Shown here: one piece after another, positions 19,516 to 27,446 of the stretch | Layout of the letters: every line of letters begins with the position of its first letter | Numbering within the stretch: position 1 is the first letter of the stretch | Source of the DNA: a bacterium | GTDB taxonomy: Bacteria; JACRDZ01; JAQUKH01 | Reading direction: 5' to 3' | DNA length: 64,000 nucleotides | NCBI GenBank assembly: GCA_028719205.1 | Contig: JAQUKH010000007.1 | Coordinates: forward strand, 6,254-70,253 | Program-made: the position numbers and the translations under genes | Notes under the pieces: model-generated | Seen by the model: the letters and a program-made list of their open reading frames with translations, nothing else | Told to the model about the DNA's origin: nothing | Database searches by the model: none

Positions 19516-20463
19516 TTATATTCTCCTATCTGCTGTTTCAGTTAACTGCAGAAAAACTTCCTCTAATGAAACTTTAACCGGTTTTAATTCCAAAATAACC
19601 ATATTATTTTCTACCACTAATCTGAAGATCGGCTCGCGAAGATCAACAGCCATTTCACTTTCGATCATAAGATCAATCAGGCCATTTTCCTCTTTTATTA
19701 TATCCATTTTTTTAAGCCCCGATAATTTCTCATTAAATACTCTTACTAATATATCTTTACTGCCTTTGACCTGAATAAATAATTTTTCCCTGACCTGCAC
19801 CCGTTTTATCAGGTCCTCCTGGGTATCGATAGCAATTATCTTACCCTTGTTAATTATTAATACTCTCCCGCAGATCTGGCTCACTTCAGTAAGAATATGA
19901 GAACTTAAAAGAACAGTATGTTTTTCACCCAATTGTTTTATAAGCTCCCTTATTTCAAGTATCTGCTTCGGATCCAGACCGACAGTCGGCTCATCAAGTA
20001 TTAAAACCTCAGGATCATTAAGCAAACTCTGGGCTAACGCGACTCTCTGCCGGTAACCTTTTGATAAATGGCCGATAATTCTTTTGGAGACATCTTTTAT
20101 TTTTACCGTTTCCATTACTTCTTCAATTTTCTTATTGATTTTTTTCGGTTCTATTTCTTTAATTCTGGCTACAAAATCAAGGTAGGATAAAACCGACATA
20201 TCCTCATAAATAGGCGGAGTTTCAGGTAAGTACCCGATCCTGCTTTTAACTTTCATCGGATCTTCAAAAACATCAAAACCGGCTATGCGCGCCGAACCTG
20301 AAGTAGCCGGCATATAGCATGTTAAAATCCGCATTGTTGTGGTTTTACCCGCGCCATTAGGGCCTAATAGCCCAAAGACTTCTCCCTTCTCCACGCTAAA
20401 ACTAATATTATCCAACGCCTTAGTCGGCCCGTAATATTTTGTTAAGTTATTAACTTCTATCAT
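19516..20463 (-). CDS. ABC transporter ATP-binding protein (GldA-like)
   Basis: Walker A GPNGAGKTTT, signature LSKGYRQRV, Walker B VLILDEPTVGLD. I prefer the ATG at 20463 (MIEVNNLTKYYG), which follows AGGAGG. The track start is 20487. Confidence 0.9.
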   Translation of the reverse strand: MIEVNNLTKYYGPTKALDNISFSVEKGEVFGLLGPNGAGKTTTMRILTCYMPATSGSARIAGFDVFEDPMKVKSRIGYLPETPPIYEDMSVLSYLDFVARIKEIEPKKINKKIEEVMETVKIKDVSKRIIGHLSKGYRQRVALAQSLLNDPEVLILDEPTVGLDPKQILEIRELIKQLGEKHTVLLSSHILTEVSQICGRVLIINKGKIIAIDTQEDLIKRVQVREKLFIQVKGSKDILVRVFNEKLSGLKKMDIIKEENGLIDLMIESEMAVDLREPIFRLVVENNMVILELKPVKVSLEEVFLQLTETADRRI

Positions 20464-20521
20464 GATACCTCCTGTATAAAAAAGCAAAGTGTAACATACT
20501 TTATACTTTAAATCAAGCTAA

Positions 20522-20598
20522 AGGGGGTTCCACCCCACACGCGGGCCATGTCCGATGAAATCACCTGAAAACACGCCGACATATGGGATGGAGGGGGA
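20522..20598 (-). promoter_or_regulatory. GC-rich structured 5' leader upstream of the ABC/Bat gene run (unassigned)
   Basis: Read on the minus strand, CCATCCCA pairs with TGGGGTGG (8 bp; the single mismatch is a G.U wobble only on the minus strand). This stem encloses an ATGTC/GACAT stem. C-rich single-stranded flanks (UCCCCCU, ACCCCCU) are complementary to the AGGAGG SD about 60 nt downstream. Confidence 0.35.
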
Positions 20599-20678
20599 CA
20601 ATTATTAACTATAATTGCGCTCATTATAAAATAATGTTTATTAAAGATGTCTTAAAATAAGATTAAAATTTTTTAATT

Positions 20679-21830
20679 TTACACGGACGGAGGCAATGGA
20701 AGAGAAATTATGAAGGTAGTTCCTTTATTAAGCGTACTTTTTACATCAATTTTGCCTTTATGCGCTTCAATGACAGATTTAGCTATGCTTAATCCCAAAC
20801 CAAAACCCGGCTGTTGATTAAATTTTTTTAAGCGGTAAAACCTGTCAAAAATGTGAACTATTTCATTCTCGGGGATACCTATGCCGGTATCGCTGATCGC
20901 TATATTCGCGTAATTATCCGCCCGGCTTATTTCAACTGAGATATTCCCGTTATGCGGTGTATATTTAATAGCGTTATCTAAAATATTTATAAAAAGCCGT
21001 TTAAGCTGATTTTCATCTCCCCAAATAAATATTGGATCTTTTGCCAGACAATTTATGTTTATGTTTTTCTGCAATGCCAATATTTTTATATCTTCAGTAA
21101 TATCTTGCACCAGGGCGGAAATATTAATTTGCTTAAGTTCCAGCATACTCACATTGATCTCAAATCTGACAATAGTCAAAAGGTCTTCCACTATTTTGCT
21201 GATCCTGTTTACCTCTTCTAAATTGCTATGTATTACAGATTCATATTCTTCCGTTGAACGGATCTTTTTCAATGTTACTTCAAGCTCCCCCTTTAAAACA
21301 GCCAGGGGGGTTTTAAGCTCATGCGCGAAATCTTCAATAAATTGCCGCTGTGTTGTAAATCCGTATTCAAGCCGCATAAGCATTTGATTGAATGTATCCG
21401 CCAGTCTTTTTATTTCATCTTTTGTGTCCGGGATATCTATCCTTAATTTTAAGTTTTCTGTAGTGATCTGATGGATAGTATGTATCATTTTATCAACCGG
21501 ATTTAACGCGATCTTCGCGAGAAAACCTCCGACTACACTTGTCAGTAATACGGTGAAAGGCAGCAGGATCACCATTATTATCCTTAATTTTCTCAAAGTG
21601 GAGTCGATCTTTTTCATCTCGGCATTTTCAATTTCCAGTCTCCGGGCTTCCCATGAAATATTTCCTGAAGTATCAGATCCGTCAAAACTGGAATATAATA
21701 CCTCATCAATATTTTTATATAATTTCCTGCTGAAATTGTGATAAAGCACAATATTAAAGGCAAACAAAGTTACCGCCAGTATCAGCATATACCAAAGCAT
21801 GATTTTAAAACGGACAGATTTTATAAACAT
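20679..21830 (-). CDS. Sensor histidine kinase (TM-HAMP-HisKA-HATPase)
   Basis: H-box FAHELKTPLA, N-box LDNAIKYTP, G-boxes DTGIGI and GFGLGLSI, and two TM segments. Confidence 0.9.
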   Translation of the reverse strand: MFIKSVRFKIMLWYMLILAVTLFAFNIVLYHNFSRKLYKNIDEVLYSSFDGSDTSGNISWEARRLEIENAEMKKIDSTLRKLRIIMVILLPFTVLLTSVVGGFLAKIALNPVDKMIHTIHQITTENLKLRIDIPDTKDEIKRLADTFNQMLMRLEYGFTTQRQFIEDFAHELKTPLAVLKGELEVTLKKIRSTEEYESVIHSNLEEVNRISKIVEDLLTIVRFEINVSMLELKQINISALVQDITEDIKILALQKNININCLAKDPIFIWGDENQLKRLFINILDNAIKYTPHNGNISVEISRADNYANIAISDTGIGIPENEIVHIFDRFYRLKKFNQQPGFGLGLSIAKSVIEAHKGKIDVKSTLNKGTTFIISLPLPPSV

Positions 21831-21837
21831 TTTTGAT

Positions 21838-22506
21838 CTACTCTTTTAATATATATCCCCTGCCTCTTAACGTATGTATCAACTTAACATTAAAACCCTC
21901 ATCGATCTTATTCCTCAGGTAATTAATATACACATCGATCACATTAGTAAAAGTATCAAAATTTATATCCCAGACATGTTCTGAGATCATAGTCCTCGTA
22001 ACTACCTGCCCGGCGTTTCTCATAAAATATTCCAATAAGGCGTATTCCTTTGAGGTCAGGTCAATTTCTTTGCCCGCGCGCGTGACTTTATGGGACAAAA
22101 GGTCCAGGACGAGATCCGCAACCAGGAGCTTAGTGGTCTGTTCAGAATCGCTCTTTCTCATTAACGCGCGGACTCTTGCTAAAAATTCCTCAAAGGCAAA
22201 AGGCTTGGTCAAATAATCATTCGCGCCCGCGTCCAATCCTGTTACTTTATCCTTAACCGTACCTTTCGCGGTAAGCATTAGAATTGGTTTCGTAAATTTT
22301 TCGTCTCTCAATTTCCTGCACAAAGTAATGCCATCACCGTCAGGAAGCATCAAATCCAGGATTATCAGATCATATTCCTGCGTTGTTGCCGAAAAATGTC
22401 CCTTTTCGGCATTATTGGCAATATCAACTGTATATCCCTCTTCTTTCAATCCGCGTTTTATAAATTCCGCGATTTTCTTTTCATCTTCTATGATCAGGAC
22501 CCGCAT
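21838..22506 (-). CDS. OmpR-family response regulator
   Basis: Receiver domain (LIILDLMLPDGDG, LMLTAKG) followed by a winged-helix output domain (LTSKEYALLEYF, TLRGRGY). Confidence 0.9.
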   Translation of the reverse strand: MRVLIIEDEKKIAEFIKRGLKEEGYTVDIANNAEKGHFSATTQEYDLIILDLMLPDGDGITLCRKLRDEKFTKPILMLTAKGTVKDKVTGLDAGANDYLTKPFAFEEFLARVRALMRKSDSEQTTKLLVADLVLDLLSHKVTRAGKEIDLTSKEYALLEYFMRNAGQVVTRTMISEHVWDINFDTFTNVIDVYINYLRNKIDEGFNVKLIHTLRGRGYILKE

Positions 22507-22634
22507 TTTGTATTCTCCTTAACAAAAATATTATAACATATTCTATAAAATAAAAAAGGAGAGAAACTTTTAGTTCCCCCCCTGTTACAAATTTGAATAT
22601 TACTTGCGGCTTATTTTTTTGCTATCGCAAAAAA

Positions 22635-22662
22635 TGGTGCCGGAGGTGGGAATTGAACTCGC
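22635..22662 (-). repeat. Duplicated 3' end of tRNA-Leu (att-like direct repeat; not a functional tRNA)
   Basis: TGGTGCCGGAGGTGGGA (22635..22651) is identical to 22832..22848. Similarity continues as ATTGAACTCGC versus TTTGAACCCAC. No matching 5' acceptor strand or T-stem can be formed. Confidence 0.6.
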
Positions 22663-22831
22663 TGCGCTCTCCATAGGGGCTCCGCCCCTCTGGCGCTACG
22701 ACTTCGTCTTCGCTGTCACCCCTTGAAAAAAACTCCCGTTTTTCTCAAACTCTTTTCCCGTTCAAATCCCTTTTACAACTTCCAGTTTTTTACACTCTAT
22801 GCACTTTGCTCTATGCGCCATGCTTTTTTTG

Positions 22832-22916
22832 TGGTGCCGGAGGTGGGATTTGAACCCACACAGGTCTCCCTATGCGCCCCTCAAACGCACGTGTCTACCA
22901 ACTCCACCACTCCGGC
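22832..22916 (-). tRNA. tRNA-Leu (anticodon GAG), CCA encoded
   Basis: The reverse complement GCCGGAG-TG-...-TGCGT-TTGAGGG-GCGCA-TAGGGAGACCTGT-GTGGG-TTCAAAT-CCCAC-CTCCGGC-ACCA folds as a type II cloverleaf of 85 nt. It has a 13-nt variable arm and anticodon GAG. Confidence 0.9.
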
Positions 22917-23017
22917 AATATATTTTAAATTACAGATTATAACTTTATAATATATTTCCGTCAATAAATTTATTCTGGAAACATTTATTAGTGAATGTGT
23001 TATAATTTCAAAATATT

Positions 23018-24085
23018 ATGGAAATTGTAGAAATAGATAATTCTAAAAAAGATATATTTAATGATTTTATCTCTGAAAATAACGGATGTTTTTTACAATC
23101 CTTCGAGTGGGGAGAATTTAAAAGATCTTTTGATTATTGGGATGTGAAAAGGTTTATTTTAAAGGATAATGATGAAATAAAAGCCGGTTTTTCCGTATTT
23201 ATAAGAAAAATCCCATACATTAATAAAACTTTCTTTTATATCCCCCGGGGGCCCGTAATAAAAGAACAAAATAAGGAATTAAATCACAATATCTTTGAAA
23301 CGATAAAAAAACAGGCTAAAACATCAAGGTCGATTTTTTTAAAGATAGAACCTGAGATCGAAAATATACCGGAGGGATGGCCGGATCTTGTTGAAAATAA
23401 AAAACATATCCAGCCGAGATGCACTTCAATTCTTGACCTGACAAAAAACGAGGATTCCATACTTTCCGGATTTGAAAGTAAAACCAGATATAATATCAGG
23501 CTCGGGCAAAAAAAAGGCGTTGAAATTATAAAAACTGAAGAAAAAACTGATATTAAAAAATTCTTCAGCATACTCGAGGAAACAAGCAAAAGGCAAAAAT
23601 TCCTTATACATCAGAATAATTATTATGAAGCCTTATGGGATATTTTCAAACCTCAAAAAATGATCCACCTGTTCATGGCCTGTTATAAGGGTGAACCCGT
23701 TTCCGGGCTTTTCCTGATAACTTTTGGAAATAAATGCTGGTATCTCTACGGGGCTTCAGGAAGTATTCATCGCGAGACAATGCCGAATTACGCCCTGCAT
23801 TGGGAAGTTATCAAATGGGCAAAAAATAAAGGCCTGAAAGAATATGACCTTTGGGGTATCCCCTATGTCAAAGATGATGATTCAACGCCTCCTGGAAATC
23901 ACCCGCTTTTTGGCGTATGGAGGTTTAAAAAAGGCTTCGGAGGTAAGGTTGTGAGGTATCCCGGAACATTTGACATCCCCTATTCTCAAATGTATTATAA
24001 ACTTTTCGAAAAAGGAATTAAAACTTATTTTAAATTAAGGAACATATCTATAAGAGGAGAAACAAAAGATGCGTTACAGGACTGA
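23018..24085 (+). CDS. FemAB-family peptidoglycan aminoacyltransferase (lipid II peptide-bridge formation)
   Basis: 355 aa. The N-terminus FLQSFEWGEFK and the central to C-terminal NYALHWEVIKWAKNKGLKEYDLWGI and GVWRFKKGFGG match the FemAB/FemX fold family. Confidence 0.75.
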   Translation: MEIVEIDNSKKDIFNDFISENNGCFLQSFEWGEFKRSFDYWDVKRFILKDNDEIKAGFSVFIRKIPYINKTFFYIPRGPVIKEQNKELNHNIFETIKKQAKTSRSIFLKIEPEIENIPEGWPDLVENKKHIQPRCTSILDLTKNEDSILSGFESKTRYNIRLGQKKGVEIIKTEEKTDIKKFFSILEETSKRQKFLIHQNNYYEALWDIFKPQKMIHLFMACYKGEPVSGLFLITFGNKCWYLYGASGSIHRETMPNYALHWEVIKWAKNKGLKEYDLWGIPYVKDDDSTPPGNHPLFGVWRFKKGFGGKVVRYPGTFDIPYSQMYYKLFEKGIKTYFKLRNISIRGETKDALQD

Positions 24086-25070
24086 TTTTTTCAAAGTATT
24101 TATTTTAATTTTATTATGTTCAAGCGGATGCGGAAAAGCCGACGAAAGGCTTCAGAAAAAATTTGTGCCTTACTGGGACAAATACCAGAAAGGCGCTTAT
24201 GAGGAAGCGATATCCGGATTTTCAAAATTGGAAAAAAGTTATCCGAAAACACCGTTTATAGCAAAAGTCAAGGTTACAAAAGCAAACGCTTATAAAAAAT
24301 TGAACAATCCCCAGGAGGCGGAAAAAGTATATCTTGAGGTCGCGAAAAATTTCCCGGATAACAAATATATCGACGAGGCCTGGCTCGGTTTAGGCGAAAT
24401 TTATAAGGAACAAAAAAAATGGGATGATGCCGCGAATTATTTTAACAGGGTCATTAACACCTTCCCTGATAAAAACTCCGCGAAAAACGCGGAGAAATCC
24501 CTTGATGAAATTAACTTTTATTTATTTTTACATCCCGATTCAAGCAAAGGAATTAAATATACGATCCGCAGGGGTGATAATCTTCAGAACATCGCCAAAA
24601 AATACAATATGCCTCCCGGGTTGATCGCGAAAGTAAACGGCGTTCAGGATGTCAGGAATCTGTCCGTGGACCAGGATATAATTATTCCAAAAGTAAAATT
24701 GAAAATTAAAGTTGACTTAAGCGACCGGGCATTAATATTATTTAATAACGATAAAAGAGTGAAAAAATATCTTATAGCTATAGGCGCGGATAATTCAAGG
24801 ACTCCGACCGGAAAATTTGTCATCACCGAGAAAATGGTCAATCCGAGATGGGATTTTGGAGGCAAGGTTTATCAGCCTCTTGCTCCTGATAACCGGCTTG
24901 GAACACGATGGATGGCCATATCCGCGAGAGGTTATGGAATACACGGAACAAATGACCCGGCTGTAATCGGCCAGAATATAACTAACGGATGTGTCAGATT
25001 ATATAATCAAGACGTGGAAGAATTATTTGATATAGTACCTGAAGGAACAGAAGTAGAGATCGCGGAATAA
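24069..25070 (+). CDS. Lipoprotein with TPR, LysM and L,D-transpeptidase (YkuD) domains
   Basis: Lipobox-like LLCSSGC, a YbgF-like TPR region, LysM (YTIRRGDNLQNIAKKYN) and the YkuD catalytic motif YGIHGTNDPAVIGQNITNGCVRL. Confidence 0.85.
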   Translation: MRYRTDFFKVFILILLCSSGCGKADERLQKKFVPYWDKYQKGAYEEAISGFSKLEKSYPKTPFIAKVKVTKANAYKKLNNPQEAEKVYLEVAKNFPDNKYIDEAWLGLGEIYKEQKKWDDAANYFNRVINTFPDKNSAKNAEKSLDEINFYLFLHPDSSKGIKYTIRRGDNLQNIAKKYNMPPGLIAKVNGVQDVRNLSVDQDIIIPKVKLKIKVDLSDRALILFNNDKRVKKYLIAIGADNSRTPTGKFVITEKMVNPRWDFGGKVYQPLAPDNRLGTRWMAISARGYGIHGTNDPAVIGQNITNGCVRLYNQDVEELFDIVPEGTEVEIAE

Positions 25071-25074
25071 AATT

Positions 25075-26547
25075 ATGCCTGATATTAAACTGGAAATCCT
25101 ATTAAACGCCCTGCCTGAAAAGAAAATTACGGGCAATGCAGGCATAGTGATCAAAAATATATCATCCCATTCCAAACAAATAATCCCGGGAACATTATTT
25201 GTCGCGATCCCGGGCTTTGTAGTCGACGGTTTGGAATTTATCCCTGAGGCAATTAAAAACGGCGCGACAGCGGTTGTTGCCGAGAAAGATTTCATCTGCC
25301 CGGATAACGTCACTAAAATAATTATTCCGTCCGCAAGAAAGGCAATAGCCTGGTTAGCCGCCTGTTTTTATGATCATCCCTCCGAGAAACTTAAACTTAT
25401 AGGAATTACCGGGACAAAAGGAAAATCTACAACTTCCCACCTGATCTACTCCATATTGAATGAAAGTAAATTTAAAACCGGTTTATCCACCACCATTGAA
25501 GTAAGAACAACAAAAAGTAAAATAGAAACAAAAAGAACCACTAATGAGGCATTGGATATTCAAAAATTTCTGGATCAGCTGGTCAGGGAAAAAGCCGATT
25601 ACGCTGTCATGGAAGTTTCTTCGCACGGGCTCGCCCTGGACAGAGTTACAGGCTGCAGGTTCGATGTGGCCCTTTTTACTAATCTTTCTCACGACCATCT
25701 GGATTTCCATCATACCCTTTCAGAATATCTGGCTGCTAAACTCATGCTTTTTAAGATGCTTAAAGACTCAGGTACCGGCATAGTAAATATTGATGATCCT
25801 AACAGCCGGATCTTTATGGATATCCGCGAACAAAATGTATTAACATACAGCCTGAATCAAAAAGCTGATATTACCGCGGACAAAATTATTTATAGCGAAA
25901 AAGGCATATCCTGCCTGATACATACACCCCGCGGGGATTTCAGCCTTCAGTCTTCCCTTCATGGCGCGTTTAATATTTACAATATTCTGGCGGCAACCGC
26001 CATCGGAATTTCCCTGGAAATAAGCCTGATAAACATAAAAATCGGGTTAGAAAAAGTAACTTACCTTCAGGGAAGATTTGAATACATTGAATGCGGACAG
26101 CCTTTTAAAATAATAATAGATTACGCGCATTCACCTGATAGTTTAGAACAGGTTTTAAAAACCGCGAGAAGTTTAACTAAAGGCAGGGTCTTACTTGTAT
26201 TTGGCGCGACGGGAAACCGCGATAAAACCAAAAGGCCGGTAATGGGAAAAATCGCCGCGGAATTATCCGATTTTTTTATTATCACAAATGATGATACTTA
26301 TAATGAAGACCCTATGGAGATCATTGAACAGATAAAAAGCGGCCTGAAAACAATTAAAGATATCCAATACAAAGTAATTCCTGACCGTAGAAACGCTATC
26401 TCCTCGTTAATAAAAGAAGCTAAACCGAATGATTTTCTTATTATCGCGGGCAAAGGACATGAAACAAAACAGATATTGAAAGATAAAACTATCGACTTTA
26501 GTGACCGTAAAATAGCGGAAGAAATATTACGGGAAAAACAATGCTGA
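25075..26547 (+). CDS. murE: UDP-N-acetylmuramoyl-L-alanyl-D-glutamate ligase, MurE family (third-position amino acid uncertain)
   Basis: P-loop GITGTKGKSTT, DYAHSPDS and GATGNRDKTKRP. The position of the meso-DAP-specific DNPR motif reads DDTY (26290..26301). Confidence 0.85.
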   Translation: MPDIKLEILLNALPEKKITGNAGIVIKNISSHSKQIIPGTLFVAIPGFVVDGLEFIPEAIKNGATAVVAEKDFICPDNVTKIIIPSARKAIAWLAACFYDHPSEKLKLIGITGTKGKSTTSHLIYSILNESKFKTGLSTTIEVRTTKSKIETKRTTNEALDIQKFLDQLVREKADYAVMEVSSHGLALDRVTGCRFDVALFTNLSHDHLDFHHTLSEYLAAKLMLFKMLKDSGTGIVNIDDPNSRIFMDIREQNVLTYSLNQKADITADKIIYSEKGISCLIHTPRGDFSLQSSLHGAFNIYNILAATAIGISLEISLINIKIGLEKVTYLQGRFEYIECGQPFKIIIDYAHSPDSLEQVLKTARSLTKGRVLLVFGATGNRDKTKRPVMGKIAAELSDFFIITNDDTYNEDPMEIIEQIKSGLKTIKDIQYKVIPDRRNAISSLIKEAKPNDFLIIAGKGHETKQILKDKTIDFSDRKIAEEILREKQC

Positions 26548-27371
26548 CAATTTTTACAGTCCCCAAACCATTTATAGGGAAATTTAACGCTATACAGCGA
26601 AACGCCCTCCAGAGCTGGGCTCTTCTCAATCCCAAACCTGAAATTATTTTATTTGATAAAGTTGAGGGAACAGAAACCGTTGTAAAAGATCTTGGCATAC
26701 AAAATATCCCCGATATTTCATATAATGAGTTTGGAACTCCGCTTGTAAATTCAATATTTAAAAAAGCCCGATCCATCGTGAAAAACGACTTGCTCGCTTA
26801 TGTGAATACCGATACTATTCTTACAGACAGCATTTTTTCAGCCGTTGAAACAGCCGGGAAATATATTCTTGGCAATGAGTTTTTGATCATAGGCAAACGC
26901 TGGAGTATTTATCTGGACAGGCCGTTTAATTTTAAAAAAGGAGATTGGCAGGACGGCCTTAAAAATTTCAGGGAATATAACGGTAACGGATTTATGGGGC
27001 ATGCCGGCCAGATCGACTATCTTATTTTCCCGAGAGAAATTGAATGGAATATCCCACCTTTCGCGACCGAAAGCGGCGTTTGGGACGGATGGTTCATCTA
27101 TAACGCCCTAAATTTGGGAATCCCCGTAATAGACGCAAGCAATTTCATAACCGCCTACCATCAGGAGCATTTCAATTTTGATCTTGTGCCTGAGAACAAA
27201 CAGGACGCGAAAACCGAACGCAAAAACAATTTGAAACTGCGCGGCGGCTTTTCCTGCCAAAACACAATTCTGGATTCCACCCACTTATTAACCTATCAGG
27301 GATTAGAAAAAACATCGGCTTTCAGGAAATTCTCGTCAAAGTTTTTAAAAATAAAAATGTTGTTTGAATAA
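26541..27371 (+). CDS. Uncharacterised protein co-transcribed with murE (possible GT-A-like fold)
   Basis: 276-aa ORF overlapping the murE stop by 7 nt, with no TM segment or signal peptide. It begins MLTIFTVPKPFIGKFNAIQRNALQSW and has an N.D.I segment (AYVNTDTIL). I cannot assign it to a family. Confidence 0.4.
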   Translation: MLTIFTVPKPFIGKFNAIQRNALQSWALLNPKPEIILFDKVEGTETVVKDLGIQNIPDISYNEFGTPLVNSIFKKARSIVKNDLLAYVNTDTILTDSIFSAVETAGKYILGNEFLIIGKRWSIYLDRPFNFKKGDWQDGLKNFREYNGNGFMGHAGQIDYLIFPREIEWNIPPFATESGVWDGWFIYNALNLGIPVIDASNFITAYHQEHFNFDLVPENKQDAKTERKNNLKLRGGFSCQNTILDSTHLLTYQGLEKTSAFRKFSSKFLKIKMLFE

Positions 27372-27446
27372 AGGAAAACCCCCTTTTATTCCCCTTTATC
27401 AGGGAGATATTACTGAACTACTCTTATCGTTAATATTTATTCATAG

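Noticed and set aside
22635-22760. A second tRNA or a tmRNA ending at 22635
   Set aside because: Only the 3' acceptor and part of the T-loop are present. No complementary 5' acceptor strand (GCCGGAG), T-stem or tag-peptide reading frame can be found, and the intact tRNA-Leu occupies the space a tmRNA body would need.
22723-22950. 75-aa ORF on the + strand
   Set aside because: It runs antisense through tRNA-Leu and the att-like spacer, has no RBS and gives an implausible product.
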